Shown here piece by piece: positions 8,999 through 18,032 of a stretch of 64,000 bases of DNA. The notes under the pieces were generated by a model. That model did no database searches, was not told the DNA's origin, and saw only the letters and a list, made by a program, of their open reading frames with translations. Positions within the stretch are counted from its first letter, which is position 1. Every line of letters begins with the position of its first letter. The DNA lies in NCBI GenBank assembly GCA_964540895.1, contig CAZIOP010000001.1, positions 187,596 to 251,595 on the forward strand, in the 5' to 3' direction. Position numbers and translations under genes: made by a program. Origin of the DNA: an uncultured Gammaproteobacteria bacterium (GTDB lineage Bacteria; Patescibacteriota; Patescibacteriia; Patescibacteriales; Patescibacteriaceae).

Positions 8999-9138
8999 AG
9001 TCTACATTAAAGTAGACTAAAGTAAGAAAATATAAATAAACAAAGATGATTATAAGTCTACAAATTTGTAGACTTATATTGGTCTATATAGCTTGAAATA
9101 GAATTGAAAGAGTACTTAAGTCTAGATAGTATTAGACT
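8999..9138. promoter_or_regulatory. three operator-like inverted repeats AGTCTAC-N6-GTAGACT
   Basis: 8999-9018 (perfect half-sites); 9055-9074 (core of a perfect 26-bp palindrome at 9052-9077); 9119-9138 (AGTCTAg-N6-tTAGACT). The first lies 15 bp upstream of the HTH start codon. Confidence 0.6.
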
Positions 9139-9322
9139 TTTTGTTTATTTTTGCAAATATTTTTTAAAAAGGCAAGTAATTTTAGCTATTACTGTCTAAT
9201 AAGTATTCTAGATAAAAAGATTGGTGTTTATAAAATATATATAATATAAAAGTGTCCATACATAAACATGTTAGGTCTTGGAGTGAGATATATTGTTGAG
9301 TCCTTAAAATAAAGCTTATTCC

Positions 9323-9351
9323 TTGCCAGTTTCTTCAAGTTGTGGTATATT
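9323..9351 (+). promoter_or_regulatory. promoter TTGCCA-17-TATATT for the sigma-factor operon
   Basis: TTGCCA at 9323-9328 and TGgTATATT ending at 9351. Confidence 0.5.
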
Positions 9352-9435
9352 TTGAGGAATAATAGGCTTTATTGTAAGATAGGTTTATATTCTAAAAGGG
9401 TTTCTGTAACACTTTTATTTTTTTTACGTAATCTA

Positions 9436-10035
9436 ATGGCAAGTCCAAAAAAGCCGTCTTTTTTCGGAGGAGAGCAAGCGCTCTTTCTCAGGCTCAAAAA
9501 ACATAAGGATAAGCAGGCTTTTATTGAGGCCTACGATCTATATATCGAGCAAATTTATCGCTTTATATATTTTAAGGTCGGAGATCAAAATGAAGCTGAG
9601 GATATTGCTTCAATGGTGTTCCTTAAATGCTGGAACTATGTCTATGAAGGCAACCTAGGTGATTATCAGACCTTAAAATCCTTATTATATAAGATAGCTC
9701 GTAATACCATTATTGATCACTACCGTAAGCATCAGCATCAACAGAATATTCCACTGGAAGATATTGCTCAGACCACAGCTGCGATTGATACTGAACCAAG
9801 TCCTGAAGAGCAAGCTGCTACTGCCTTTGACTTTCAGAAAGTCATGGAAGAAAAATTACCTCAGCTTAAAGAAGAGTATCGAGAAGTGGTAATTCTGCGA
9901 TTTGTGAACGAACTTTCAATTGCTGAAATTTCTTTGATACTTGGCAAGACCAACGGCAATATTCGAGTCATGATTCACCGGGCCTTAGAATCTCTGCAAC
10001 AGCTAGTTAAAGATGAAGAAGAAGAGACCACATAA
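9436..10035 (+). CDS. ECF-type sigma-70 family RNA polymerase sigma factor
   Basis: Region 2 (IYRFIYFKVGDQNEAEDIASMVFLKCW) and region 4 (LSIAEISLILGKTNGNIRVMIHRAL). ATG at 9436 preferred over the TTG at 9340. Confidence 0.85.
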   Translation: MASPKKPSFFGGEQALFLRLKKHKDKQAFIEAYDLYIEQIYRFIYFKVGDQNEAEDIASMVFLKCWNYVYEGNLGDYQTLKSLLYKIARNTIIDHYRKHQHQQNIPLEDIAQTTAAIDTEPSPEEQAATAFDFQKVMEEKLPQLKEEYREVVILRFVNELSIAEISLILGKTNGNIRVMIHRALESLQQLVKDEEEETT

Positions 10036-10066
10036 TTACAATCATTTTTATTAACCACGTTATTAT

Positions 10067-10819
10067 ATGAATGAGAAAAATTTAGTTCATCATCTTTCTC
10101 AACTAAAAAGCGTTAGTCCGCGACCTGACTGGGTTTCACAGAACCGAGAGGTTTTGTCATATCAAATTTTTAATGGTCAAGAATCGCCAGCTATTAGTCT
10201 AAGCTTTATTAGTCGAGTTAATATCATAACTCATCGTTTGTTACAGCCTACGCCAATTGCTGCCATGATTGTTTTATTCTTTATGATTAGTGGAGTAGTT
10301 AGCATTAATGCTTCAAGGAACACTACACCTAACAATGCATTGTATATTGCCAAGATTATTGCTGAGAAAGCCGCTGTCGCTACTACCTTTGATGAAAAGG
10401 GTAAGGCTCAGTTAAGTGTTGAGCATGCCAAGAATCGAGCAACTGAGTTAAAAATTATGAGTCAGAATTCACAAGACAATGATCCTCGAGTTCAAGAATT
10501 ATCAGATAACTTTAAGAAAGAAATCGCTGCTGTTCGAGATCATTTAACCAAATTGGATGAAGAGGCTGCTAAACAAGCCACGATTGATGCTCAAGCTTCC
10601 TCTAACCCTAAGTTGAATTTAACAACTAAACCAAAAACCACCGATACTAAAGAGACAACTGATGATGAAAAGGTGTTTAGTGCTGATTCTGGAAAAGATG
10701 AAAAGGGGATTCAGGTTTCTATGCCAGCAAGTATTGCCTTAGAAGAAGCAGAAAAGTTGTTTAATGAGAAAAAATATAATGAAGCACTGGATAAATTAGG
10801 GGAGATAGAGATTAAGTAA
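10067..10819 (+). CDS. single-pass membrane protein downstream of the sigma factor (anti-sigma-like, DUF5667-like, tentative)
   Basis: Position after the ECF sigma gene, one TM (PIAAMIVLFFMISGVV), helical Lys/Glu-rich ectodomain. Confidence 0.5.
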   Translation: MNEKNLVHHLSQLKSVSPRPDWVSQNREVLSYQIFNGQESPAISLSFISRVNIITHRLLQPTPIAAMIVLFFMISGVVSINASRNTTPNNALYIAKIIAEKAAVATTFDEKGKAQLSVEHAKNRATELKIMSQNSQDNDPRVQELSDNFKKEIAAVRDHLTKLDEEAAKQATIDAQASSNPKLNLTTKPKTTDTKETTDDEKVFSADSGKDEKGIQVSMPASIALEEAEKLFNEKKYNEALDKLGEIEIK

Positions 10820-10827
10820 TTGATTAC

Positions 10828-11586
10828 ATGTCTTTTGTTGAACGCTTAGTGGTTGATTCAGAAGTACAGGGAACAATTTTGTATGATGAGCATATTGTCC
10901 GTTATGAACTAGCCAAACAAGTAGTTTCCGGAAGAACAGTATTAGATATTGCTAGTGGATCAGGTTACGGAGCCCATATTCTTTTACAAGCAGGAGCAAA
11001 AAAAGTTATTGGTATTGATGTTGATACCACGGCTGTTTCGGAAGCTACTAAAAATTATGGTAGCGAGCAGCTGGAATTTAAAGTAGGTAAGGCTGAGAAG
11101 TTAGATTTAGAAGATAGTAGCATTGATGTTATTACTTCCTTTGAAACAATTGAGCATATACAGGATTATCAACAATATTTAAAAGAATTGGCACGGGTTC
11201 TAACGGGTGAAGGTGTTGCATTTATTTCTACTCCCAATCGCAACGTCTTTGGCCAGAAGAATCCGTACCATATCAAGGAATTTACTAAAGAAGAATTTTT
11301 GACCGCGCTGGAAGCATACTTCCCGCACGTTGTGTTACGTGAACAGAAAAATGGGTTAAGTAGTGTTATTACAGGTACAGATATAGGATCTCTTTTAATT
11401 AATGATAATAATAGTGAACCTCTTTACTTTCTCGCTATCTGTTCTAAATCTGAAATTTCTCAGTCATTTGCTAGTGTTGCCAGTATTAATGTCAAAGCTT
11501 TAGAGCGTTGGGAAAATAACCTTGGTTGGAGATTAGTAAATACAGTATATCGAGGTTTGCAAAAGATTGGGTTATTTAAATCATAG
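10828..11586 (+). CDS. class I SAM-dependent methyltransferase
   Basis: Motif I VLDIASGSGYG, then the acidic IGIDVD; Methyltransf_11-like layout. Confidence 0.85.
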   Translation: MSFVERLVVDSEVQGTILYDEHIVRYELAKQVVSGRTVLDIASGSGYGAHILLQAGAKKVIGIDVDTTAVSEATKNYGSEQLEFKVGKAEKLDLEDSSIDVITSFETIEHIQDYQQYLKELARVLTGEGVAFISTPNRNVFGQKNPYHIKEFTKEEFLTALEAYFPHVVLREQKNGLSSVITGTDIGSLLINDNNSEPLYFLAICSKSEISQSFASVASINVKALERWENNLGWRLVNTVYRGLQKIGLFKS

Positions 11587-12066
11587 AAACATTACTATAT
11601 ATATAGAAGTGTATTACAACGTAGTACATTGCTATATCTATAGTACAGACTCTTTTTCGAAGAGTTTAGCTATAGAGAAAGACTTGCCTAGTGAATAACT
11701 AGGGGAGCAGTACGGCCCGAAAGGTCGAAATTCGTTTCCGAACGAATTGCTGTGCTCGATTGAATTACTAATTGGTAATACAATCGATTAACAAACCTTA
11801 TATGTTTTGGAAAAGCTTTCACCTAAGCTTTGTACAAAGTAGCGGTGAATAAATCCTTTATTGGATTTAGAATACATCAATTTTGCTTTTCTCCGCGTCA
11901 ATGAGGATAGAAGTTTCTTCTATTATTATTTGATTGTGGATCAGTGAATATCCCCATGTTTGCTCTCCAAGCTTCGGTAGAACTTATGTTCTCATTGATG
12001 CGGGGAAGCGGGATTCCGATTGATGTGCACGGTTTTCTCAGAACTGTTAAAAGGATTAAATTACGT
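11587..12066 (+). promoter_or_regulatory. long (~480 nt) hairpin-rich region upstream of the giant surface-protein gene (probable 5' UTR)
   Basis: Perfect hairpin aattcgtt-tccg-aacgaatt nested in gagcag...ctgtgctc, plus cgattg...caatcg and aaatcc-tttatt-ggattt. No credible ORF. Confidence 0.35.
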
Positions 12067-15000
12067 ATGAATAATACCTTACGAAAGATTTCTATTTTCG
12101 CTTTGGTAGTAATGACAGTTGTAAGTGTTAGTGGTCTTTCCGTTTCTAACGTGAAAGCTGCTGCCCTAGACGGTGACTTGATCAAAGTTGCTAATAATTC
12201 AACTGTTTATTACTACAACAATACTAAGCGCTATGTTTTTCCTAACGAAAAAACATTCAAGACTTGGTACCGTGATTTCAGTGGTGTTAAAGTTATTTCC
12301 CAATCTGAATTGGAAAGCTACCCATTGGGTGGCAACGTAACTTACCGCCCTGGTACTCGTTTAGTTAAGATTCAATCAGCTCAAGGTGTGTACGCTGTTG
12401 GTTATGGCCGAACCCTTCACTCAATTGTGAGCGAAGCTAACGCTATTAGCCTTTGGGGTGCTAACTGGAATAAGATGATTGATGACGTCCCAGATGCTTT
12501 CTTTACCAACTATGTTACAGGTTCTCCTTTGACTGCTGGTATGTATAGCGAAGGACAGTTAGTTAAGATGTCTACTAGTGCTGATATTTACTACTACGAT
12601 GGTGTTAACTACCGTAAGTTTGCAAGCGAATCTGCCTTTAACAGCAATCGCTTCAGCTTTGCTCACGTAGCAACTGCTCCATCAAGTTGGACTTCATTCA
12701 CTCCAGTTGGTTCTCCAATTTCAGGTGTTGAAGCTAACTTAGTAAATACTGCCGGTTCTGCCTCAAGTTCTGCTTCAACTGGTACTGGTTTAACTGTTGC
12801 TATGTCAGCAGCTACCCCAGCTTCAGCAAGCGTTCCTTTGGGAGCTACTGGTGTTAAGTATACTGATTTTAATGTTACTGCTTCTAACGACGGTGATATT
12901 ATTCTTCAGTCAGTAACCATTAACCGTTCTGGTGTTGGTACTGCTGCTGATTTCTCAAATGTTTATTTGTATGACGGAACAACTCGTTTGACTACTGGTC
13001 GATCGATTAATTCTAGTACTAACAAAGCAACATTTAACAACCTAAACCTAACAATTGCTCGTGGTACTACTAAGACTTTGAGCATTGTAGCTGACATGTC
13101 AGCTTCAGGTACTGGTTCAGGTTCAAGTTCACTTGGTGTATTATCAGCTGCTGATGTAGTAGCTGGTGGTGCTACAGTTACAGGGTCTTTCCCAGTAGCT
13201 GGAAACATGATGGGAATGGTTAACGTTACTGCTGGTACCGTTACTATTACTAAGAACGGCACAATGAGTGACGTAAAAGCTGGCTCATTAGCAGCTAAGA
13301 TTGCTTCATTCCAATTGTCTGCTGGTTCTGGTGAAGATATGAAAGTTAACGGCATTACTTTGTATAACACAGGTAATATCGGATCTGATAAATTGACTAA
13401 TTTTGTTCTAAAGCAAGCTGGTGTTACCCTTGGTACTGCTACTGCTATGAGTTCAAATAGCCAAATCATGATCAACTTCACAACTCCTTTCTTGTTAGAA
13501 AAGGGTGCTTCACGTAACTTTGATTTGTACGCTGACGTAGCTGCTTCAGCTCGTGCTAACGATACAATCAAACTATATCTAGATAACAGTGCTGACTTAC
13601 GAACTACCGGCCAAACTTATGGCTTTGGTGCTTCTGTAACACGTACTGCCTATGACGGTGAAGGTGGAAACCAAGGTGCCTTTGAAGGTGCTTGGGTTGA
13701 CATCGAAGCTGGTCAGGTAACTATTTCTTTCATTGGTCCTTCTGTTCAAGACATCGCTGTTCAACAGCAAGATGTTGAGTTGTTCCGCTTTACGATTACT
13801 GCTCAAAGCAATATCGAAATCCGTAACACTCGTTTGAACATGACTGCTGGTGGAACTGTTACTGATGACAGTGGTTTGTGGGACAACGACACAACTGATA
13901 CTGCTAACTACCGTGATATTAAATTCACTGACGTTACTTCAAATCAGTTAGTGGCTGGTCCTAAGGACGTTACAGCTTCAGGTTCTGATACAACTCAGGA
14001 CTTAGTTTACACAGATACTTGGAATGTTAACGCTGGTCAGACTCGAACTATTAAGGTTACTTCTGACTTAGCAACCTTCACTCCAGCTTCTGATGAAACT
14101 ATCAAAGCTACTTTGAATGCATTTACTGCATCTACTGATATCAAGAATCTTGATACTAATCAGTTCTTAGCTACGGCTGATATTGTTCCATCAACTGCGG
14201 TTGCTGGTAACACTCACCGAGTTAAGTCAGGTGCTTTGACATTGGCTTTGGCTGGTGCTCCATCAGCTCAAACTTATATTCATGGATCCACTGGTGTTCA
14301 GATGGTTGGTGTTAACATGACCGCTGGAACTGGTAAGGATGTTAAGGTTACAGAAGTTATGCTCACCGCTACTGGTGCTGATGACTGTGCAACTGAAACA
14401 GATTGTATCTTGAATGTTAAGCTTTGGGATGGCGCTACTCAGGTTGGTCAGACAGAATCTTTGTCTACCACAACTGTAACCTTCGATAACTTGAATGTTA
14501 CAATTCCAAAGGGTACAACTAAGACTTTGATTGCAACTGTTGATTTGAACACAATTACCTTCACAGCTGGTGCTGATACATTAGAGCTCGGCGTTGCTGC
14601 AGCTACAGATGTTGACGCTCAAGATGTAGATGGTAACTCAATCACTCCAACAGGAACAATTGACGGTCCTGACCACACAATTTCTGCTGCTGGTTCTTTG
14701 ACTGTAGCTCTTGGTGCAGATAACGCTCTAACTGAAAGCCGAATTTTGTTAGCTGGTAAGACTGACGAGACTATTGCTCGTTATAACTTTACAGCTGCTA
14801 ATGAAAGCTTGAAGTTGACTCGTGTTACTATTGAATTACCTGCCAGCACTGATGACGAAGTTACCAGTGTTAGCTTGTGGGATGGTGCTACTAAGGTTAC
14901 TGGCGACGTTGCTGTAACTAGTGCAGGTACACCATATGCTAAGTTCAATAGCTTCACACATGACTTTGTTATTCCAAAGGATTCTAGCAAAGTACTAACA

Positions 15001-15897
15001 GTAAAGGTTAATACCAATACTATTGGTCAAGGTGCTGACTCTGGAGCAACTGTTACAGCTACATTAGCAACAGATACTACAGCTGATGATCAGTTTGAAG
15101 CTCGTGGTGTTTCAAGTAATACTGTTCTTGACGATGATGATATGACTCAGACATCTGCAAGAGCTATGGTATTACGAAAGACAACTATGGCTATCACTGA
15201 ATCTGCTATTGCTTCTTCAGTTATCTCTAACGGTAACCCACAAGAACTATACAAATTCACTGTAAGTGCTGATGCTTCTGGTGATATTGCATTGAAGCAA
15301 TTGATCCTAAATGCAGTTATTACCGATAACGTAGGTACTGACAACACATTGGTAGCTGGTACATTCCAGATTTACCGTGATTCAACCAACCTTACTAGCA
15401 ACGTTGATATTCACAACTTAGCTGGTGCAACGATTGAATCAACTAACACCTTAGCTGAAGGTACAAGCCAAGTTATTATTACTTGGGCAAGTGAAGAAGT
15501 TGTCGCTGCTGGAACTACAAATACATATTCTATTCGAGGTACCTTGAGTGGATATGCTACTCCAGCTGATGATGATACCTTCCGTATGTTCTTGAATACT
15601 GACGCAACTGCGCAGACATCTACTCATGTCTACTTAGTAGATCTTGATACGACTGCTGCTCAGTCAACTGCTTCATTAGGTCTTCAAGACGCTTCAGCCG
15701 TAACTGGTACTGAAGGTGCTACACCTACATTGGCTTCGAACATGAATGTTATTTGGTCTGATAATTCCGATGTTCCACATGACTACGACCTCGTAGACAG
15801 TTCCTTAGCTGGTACTGACTCGACTTCTGGTGATGACTGGATCAACGCTTACCTGATCAAGAACTTCCCATTCTCGGGACCAACCTTGAATAACTAA
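12067..15897 (+). CDS. giant secreted surface / S-layer-like protein (1276 aa) with N-terminal wall-binding-like repeats and many Ig-like repeats
   Basis: Signal peptide MNNTLRKISIFALVVMTVVSVSGLSVSNVKAAA. Three ~55-aa repeats (LIKVANNSTVYYY.., LVKIQSAQGVYAV.., LVKMSTSADIYYY..). Recurring F(D/N)NLN(L/V)TI(A/P)(R/K)GTTKTL modules. Thr/Ser/Ala/Gly-rich. Confidence 0.8.
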   Translation: MNNTLRKISIFALVVMTVVSVSGLSVSNVKAAALDGDLIKVANNSTVYYYNNTKRYVFPNEKTFKTWYRDFSGVKVISQSELESYPLGGNVTYRPGTRLVKIQSAQGVYAVGYGRTLHSIVSEANAISLWGANWNKMIDDVPDAFFTNYVTGSPLTAGMYSEGQLVKMSTSADIYYYDGVNYRKFASESAFNSNRFSFAHVATAPSSWTSFTPVGSPISGVEANLVNTAGSASSSASTGTGLTVAMSAATPASASVPLGATGVKYTDFNVTASNDGDIILQSVTINRSGVGTAADFSNVYLYDGTTRLTTGRSINSSTNKATFNNLNLTIARGTTKTLSIVADMSASGTGSGSSSLGVLSAADVVAGGATVTGSFPVAGNMMGMVNVTAGTVTITKNGTMSDVKAGSLAAKIASFQLSAGSGEDMKVNGITLYNTGNIGSDKLTNFVLKQAGVTLGTATAMSSNSQIMINFTTPFLLEKGASRNFDLYADVAASARANDTIKLYLDNSADLRTTGQTYGFGASVTRTAYDGEGGNQGAFEGAWVDIEAGQVTISFIGPSVQDIAVQQQDVELFRFTITAQSNIEIRNTRLNMTAGGTVTDDSGLWDNDTTDTANYRDIKFTDVTSNQLVAGPKDVTASGSDTTQDLVYTDTWNVNAGQTRTIKVTSDLATFTPASDETIKATLNAFTASTDIKNLDTNQFLATADIVPSTAVAGNTHRVKSGALTLALAGAPSAQTYIHGSTGVQMVGVNMTAGTGKDVKVTEVMLTATGADDCATETDCILNVKLWDGATQVGQTESLSTTTVTFDNLNVTIPKGTTKTLIATVDLNTITFTAGADTLELGVAAATDVDAQDVDGNSITPTGTIDGPDHTISAAGSLTVALGADNALTESRILLAGKTDETIARYNFTAANESLKLTRVTIELPASTDDEVTSVSLWDGATKVTGDVAVTSAGTPYAKFNSFTHDFVIPKDSSKVLTVKVNTNTIGQGADSGATVTATLATDTTADDQFEARGVSSNTVLDDDDMTQTSARAMVLRKTTMAITESAIASSVISNGNPQELYKFTVSADASGDIALKQLILNAVITDNVGTDNTLVAGTFQIYRDSTNLTSNVDIHNLAGATIESTNTLAEGTSQVIITWASEEVVAAGTTNTYSIRGTLSGYATPADDDTFRMFLNTDATAQTSTHVYLVDLDTTAAQSTASLGLQDASAVTGTEGATPTLASNMNVIWSDNSDVPHDYDLVDSSLAGTDSTSGDDWINAYLIKNFPFSGPTLNN

Positions 15898-15947
15898 TAC
15901 TTATTCAGGATCTCCTCACTTCTTTTATTAGAAGTTAGGGAAACTCT

Positions 15948-15982
15948 CAACCCTCTCCTAACGGAGGGGGTTGTTTGTTTTT
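15948..15982 (+). terminator. intrinsic terminator after the surface-protein gene
   Basis: caaccctctcc-taac-ggagggggttg followed by a T-rich run. Confidence 0.7.
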
Positions 15983-16078
15983 ATCTGATATTAAATATTT
16001 TTTAAAAAAGATTTGTCACTGTATTTTCTTTCTGCTACATTAGGAATATCCCTTCGTATATTTTAAAGAAAAGGGACT

Positions 16079-16393
16079 ATGAAAGAAGATATCACTCCTA
16101 TGGAATTGTCAGAATTGGTAAGTAGTATGAGCACTCAGTATGAGGAAAGATTCAATAGAATTGAAGCTAGTTTAGTTAGAATAGAGGGTAAATTCGATTC
16201 TATTGATGAAAATTTTGTTAAAGTATTTCAACAACTTAACTATCTTGATACTCGAGTTGAAAGAATAGAAAAGAATATGGTTTATAAATCTCAGATTAAG
16301 AGTTTAGTAGCTATGTTAGAAAGGGAAGAAACAATATCAAATTTTGATGCTGCCCATGTTTTATATGATCCGCCTGAACGTTCTGTTATATAG
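16079..16393 (+). CDS. hypothetical coiled-coil protein (104 aa)
   Basis: Heptad-like RIEASLVRIEGKFDSIDENF and RVERIEKNM. No family recognised. Confidence 0.5.
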   Translation: MKEDITPMELSELVSSMSTQYEERFNRIEASLVRIEGKFDSIDENFVKVFQQLNYLDTRVERIEKNMVYKSQIKSLVAMLEREETISNFDAAHVLYDPPERSVI

Positions 16394-16421
16394 TTATTAA
16401 CTAATTAATATTATATTCAAT

Positions 16422-16607
16422 ATGACAACCTCCACTTTTAGTTACTATTCAGCTGAGTCAGTTAGGTTTAGGAATCAGTTGAATGCCGCTGCTTTAAAAA
16501 TTGATGCTAAAAGAGATCTTGATGAAGCACGGTTAGATTTGCTTGAAGAACGATTAGGCGCGTTAGAAGAATATGTTGCTGAATGTGTTTTTAAAAAAGC
16601 AAAGTAA
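16422..16607 (+). CDS. hypothetical small helical protein (61 aa)
   Basis: ORF only; TATTAT lies 7 nt before the ATG. Confidence 0.4.
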   Translation: MTTSTFSYYSAESVRFRNQLNAAALKIDAKRDLDEARLDLLEERLGALEEYVAECVFKKAK

Positions 16608-16657
16608 TTTTCTCTTTTCTTGTTTAATATGTTTGTGGTATAATAATATGTAGTATT

Positions 16658-17587
16658 ATGCGTTGTCCGAATTGTCAGAAAACGATTTTAGATAATATAA
16701 AGAAATGTCCGTATTGCGGACATGATGTTACCCAAAAACTCAACGTTACCGATATGTTTGAAAATCCGGTAAATCCAATGGGCACTATGCCAACCGCTGG
16801 TGCTATTCCACCGGCTGAACATCATGAAGCCGTGCGGACAGAGGTTAAAAAACGCCACTGGCAGCGTTGGTTTTTTTATTTTCTTTTCATCCTTATTTTT
16901 CTAGGAGTAGTTGGTTTGATGGTCAAAATGTCGAGTGATAATGATAAATTGATTTTAGCCATGAATCAGACTACTAAAGATTTAGCTTCACGTGATGAGG
17001 AATTAGCTAAGAAAAATGAAGCAATTAAACAAGCAGATCAGGCTAGACAGCAAGCTCAAGATGAATTAAATCAAAAAGCTGAACAGTACAAGAAAGATGT
17101 TGAAGCTCAATCGGGAGCTGTTAAGGATCTTGAACAATGTAAATTGGAGTTAACTTCTTCTGACGCTAATATCTATAATTTGATTTTAACCCTCGGTACT
17201 GGGATTGCTAAAAAAGACTTAGAGAAGATCGTGGTAGCTGACGCTAATATTAGTACGGGTGTGGATACTGATCAGGATGGACTCTCGGATGAGCTTGAAA
17301 TGGCAATAGGGACTGATAAAGATAAAACTGATACTGATGGCGATACTTTTGGTGATCGTGATGAACTTCTTAGAAATTTTGACCCACTAGCAGCTGGACG
17401 CTCCATGCCAATTGATCAAGGATTTGCCGACAAGCAAAAGGGTAGACTGGTCATTGCGGTAGAAGGCAACAAGGAAGCTTGGTATATTAATCCAGGTGAC
17501 GGCAAACGTTATTTCTTGGGTAACCCTGGTAATGCTTACAAGGCTATGCGTAGTGTAGAGTTCTGGACCAAGAATTACGCTAAGTAA
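16658..17587 (+). CDS. zinc-ribbon membrane protein with coiled coil, TSP3-like Asp repeats and a C-terminal wall-binding-like module
   Basis: CPNCQ..CPYCGH zinc ribbon, TM (WFFYFLFILIFLGVVGLMV), DTDQDGLSDELE..DTDGDTFGDRDE calcium-binding-type repeats, C-terminal AWYINPGDGKRYFLGNP. Confidence 0.75.
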   Translation: MRCPNCQKTILDNIKKCPYCGHDVTQKLNVTDMFENPVNPMGTMPTAGAIPPAEHHEAVRTEVKKRHWQRWFFYFLFILIFLGVVGLMVKMSSDNDKLILAMNQTTKDLASRDEELAKKNEAIKQADQARQQAQDELNQKAEQYKKDVEAQSGAVKDLEQCKLELTSSDANIYNLILTLGTGIAKKDLEKIVVADANISTGVDTDQDGLSDELEMAIGTDKDKTDTDGDTFGDRDELLRNFDPLAAGRSMPIDQGFADKQKGRLVIAVEGNKEAWYINPGDGKRYFLGNPGNAYKAMRSVEFWTKNYAK

Positions 17588-17616
17588 TAGATTAAGTTAA
17601 TTTCAGATATAAATTA

Positions 17617-17641
17617 AAACAACCTGTACGGGTTGTTTTTT
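17617..17641 (+). terminator. intrinsic terminator
   Basis: acaacc-tgtacg-ggttgt followed by T5. Confidence 0.65.
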
Positions 17642-17719
17642 AGTTGTTAACATTATTTTTTTCTTTACTTTTTCTTGAACTCTACTTTGTTAATGTTACT
17701 TTGTAAGATATTTTATGGA

Positions 17720-17807
17720 TTATGATCGGACTGTCCGAGGTAACTTGGAATAGGTGTCAGGAGGCATGGGCTCTTTCTGAACATTCTCGGACCGTCCGTT
17801 TATGATC
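17720..17807. repeat. 72-bp inverted-repeat element (13-nt arms, 12/13 paired) flanked by the direct repeat TTATGATC
   Basis: Left arm cggactgtccgag at 17727-17739, right arm ctcggaccgtccg at 17786-17798. TTATGATC at 17720-17727 and 17800-17807. Confidence 0.35.
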
Positions 17808-17954
17808 TATTTTTAATTAAAAGTAAACTTTTTATATAGTCTTTGTCATAGCTAATAATTAGCTAATATTAGATTAAATATAATGATATGAGGACATATT
17901 TTCTAGAGAAACAAAGGAATTATAGAAGTATGGATATTAAACCCCTTGTATTTA

Positions 17955-17983
17955 TTGTGGTTTTTGTTCAGATAGTGTATAAT
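17955..17983 (+). promoter_or_regulatory. promoter TTGTGG-17-TATAAT (TGTATAAT) for hup
   Basis: TTGTGG at 17955-17960 and TATAAT at 17978-17983, preceded by TG. Confidence 0.5.
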
Positions 17984-18032
17984 ACCCAATAGATAAAGGC
18001 TTTTTGCCTCTTAATAATTAACTTAGTCTCAT

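Noticed and set aside
11898-15347. Minus-strand ORFs 11898-12185, 12963-13571, 13597-13806, 14781-15017 and 15147-15347.
   Set aside because: All are antisense to the giant surface-protein gene or its leader. The repetitive GCT/ACT-rich codons of that gene create long open antisense frames.
17727-17798. The long hairpin as SRP (4.5S) RNA, and the 5252-5318 region as a tmRNA or tRNA-like end (it contains tcgaacc).
   Set aside because: I could not find the conserved SRP domain IV motifs (GGAA tetraloop flanked by AGCA/GGA loops). I also found no tRNA-like acceptor/T-arm pairing on either strand.
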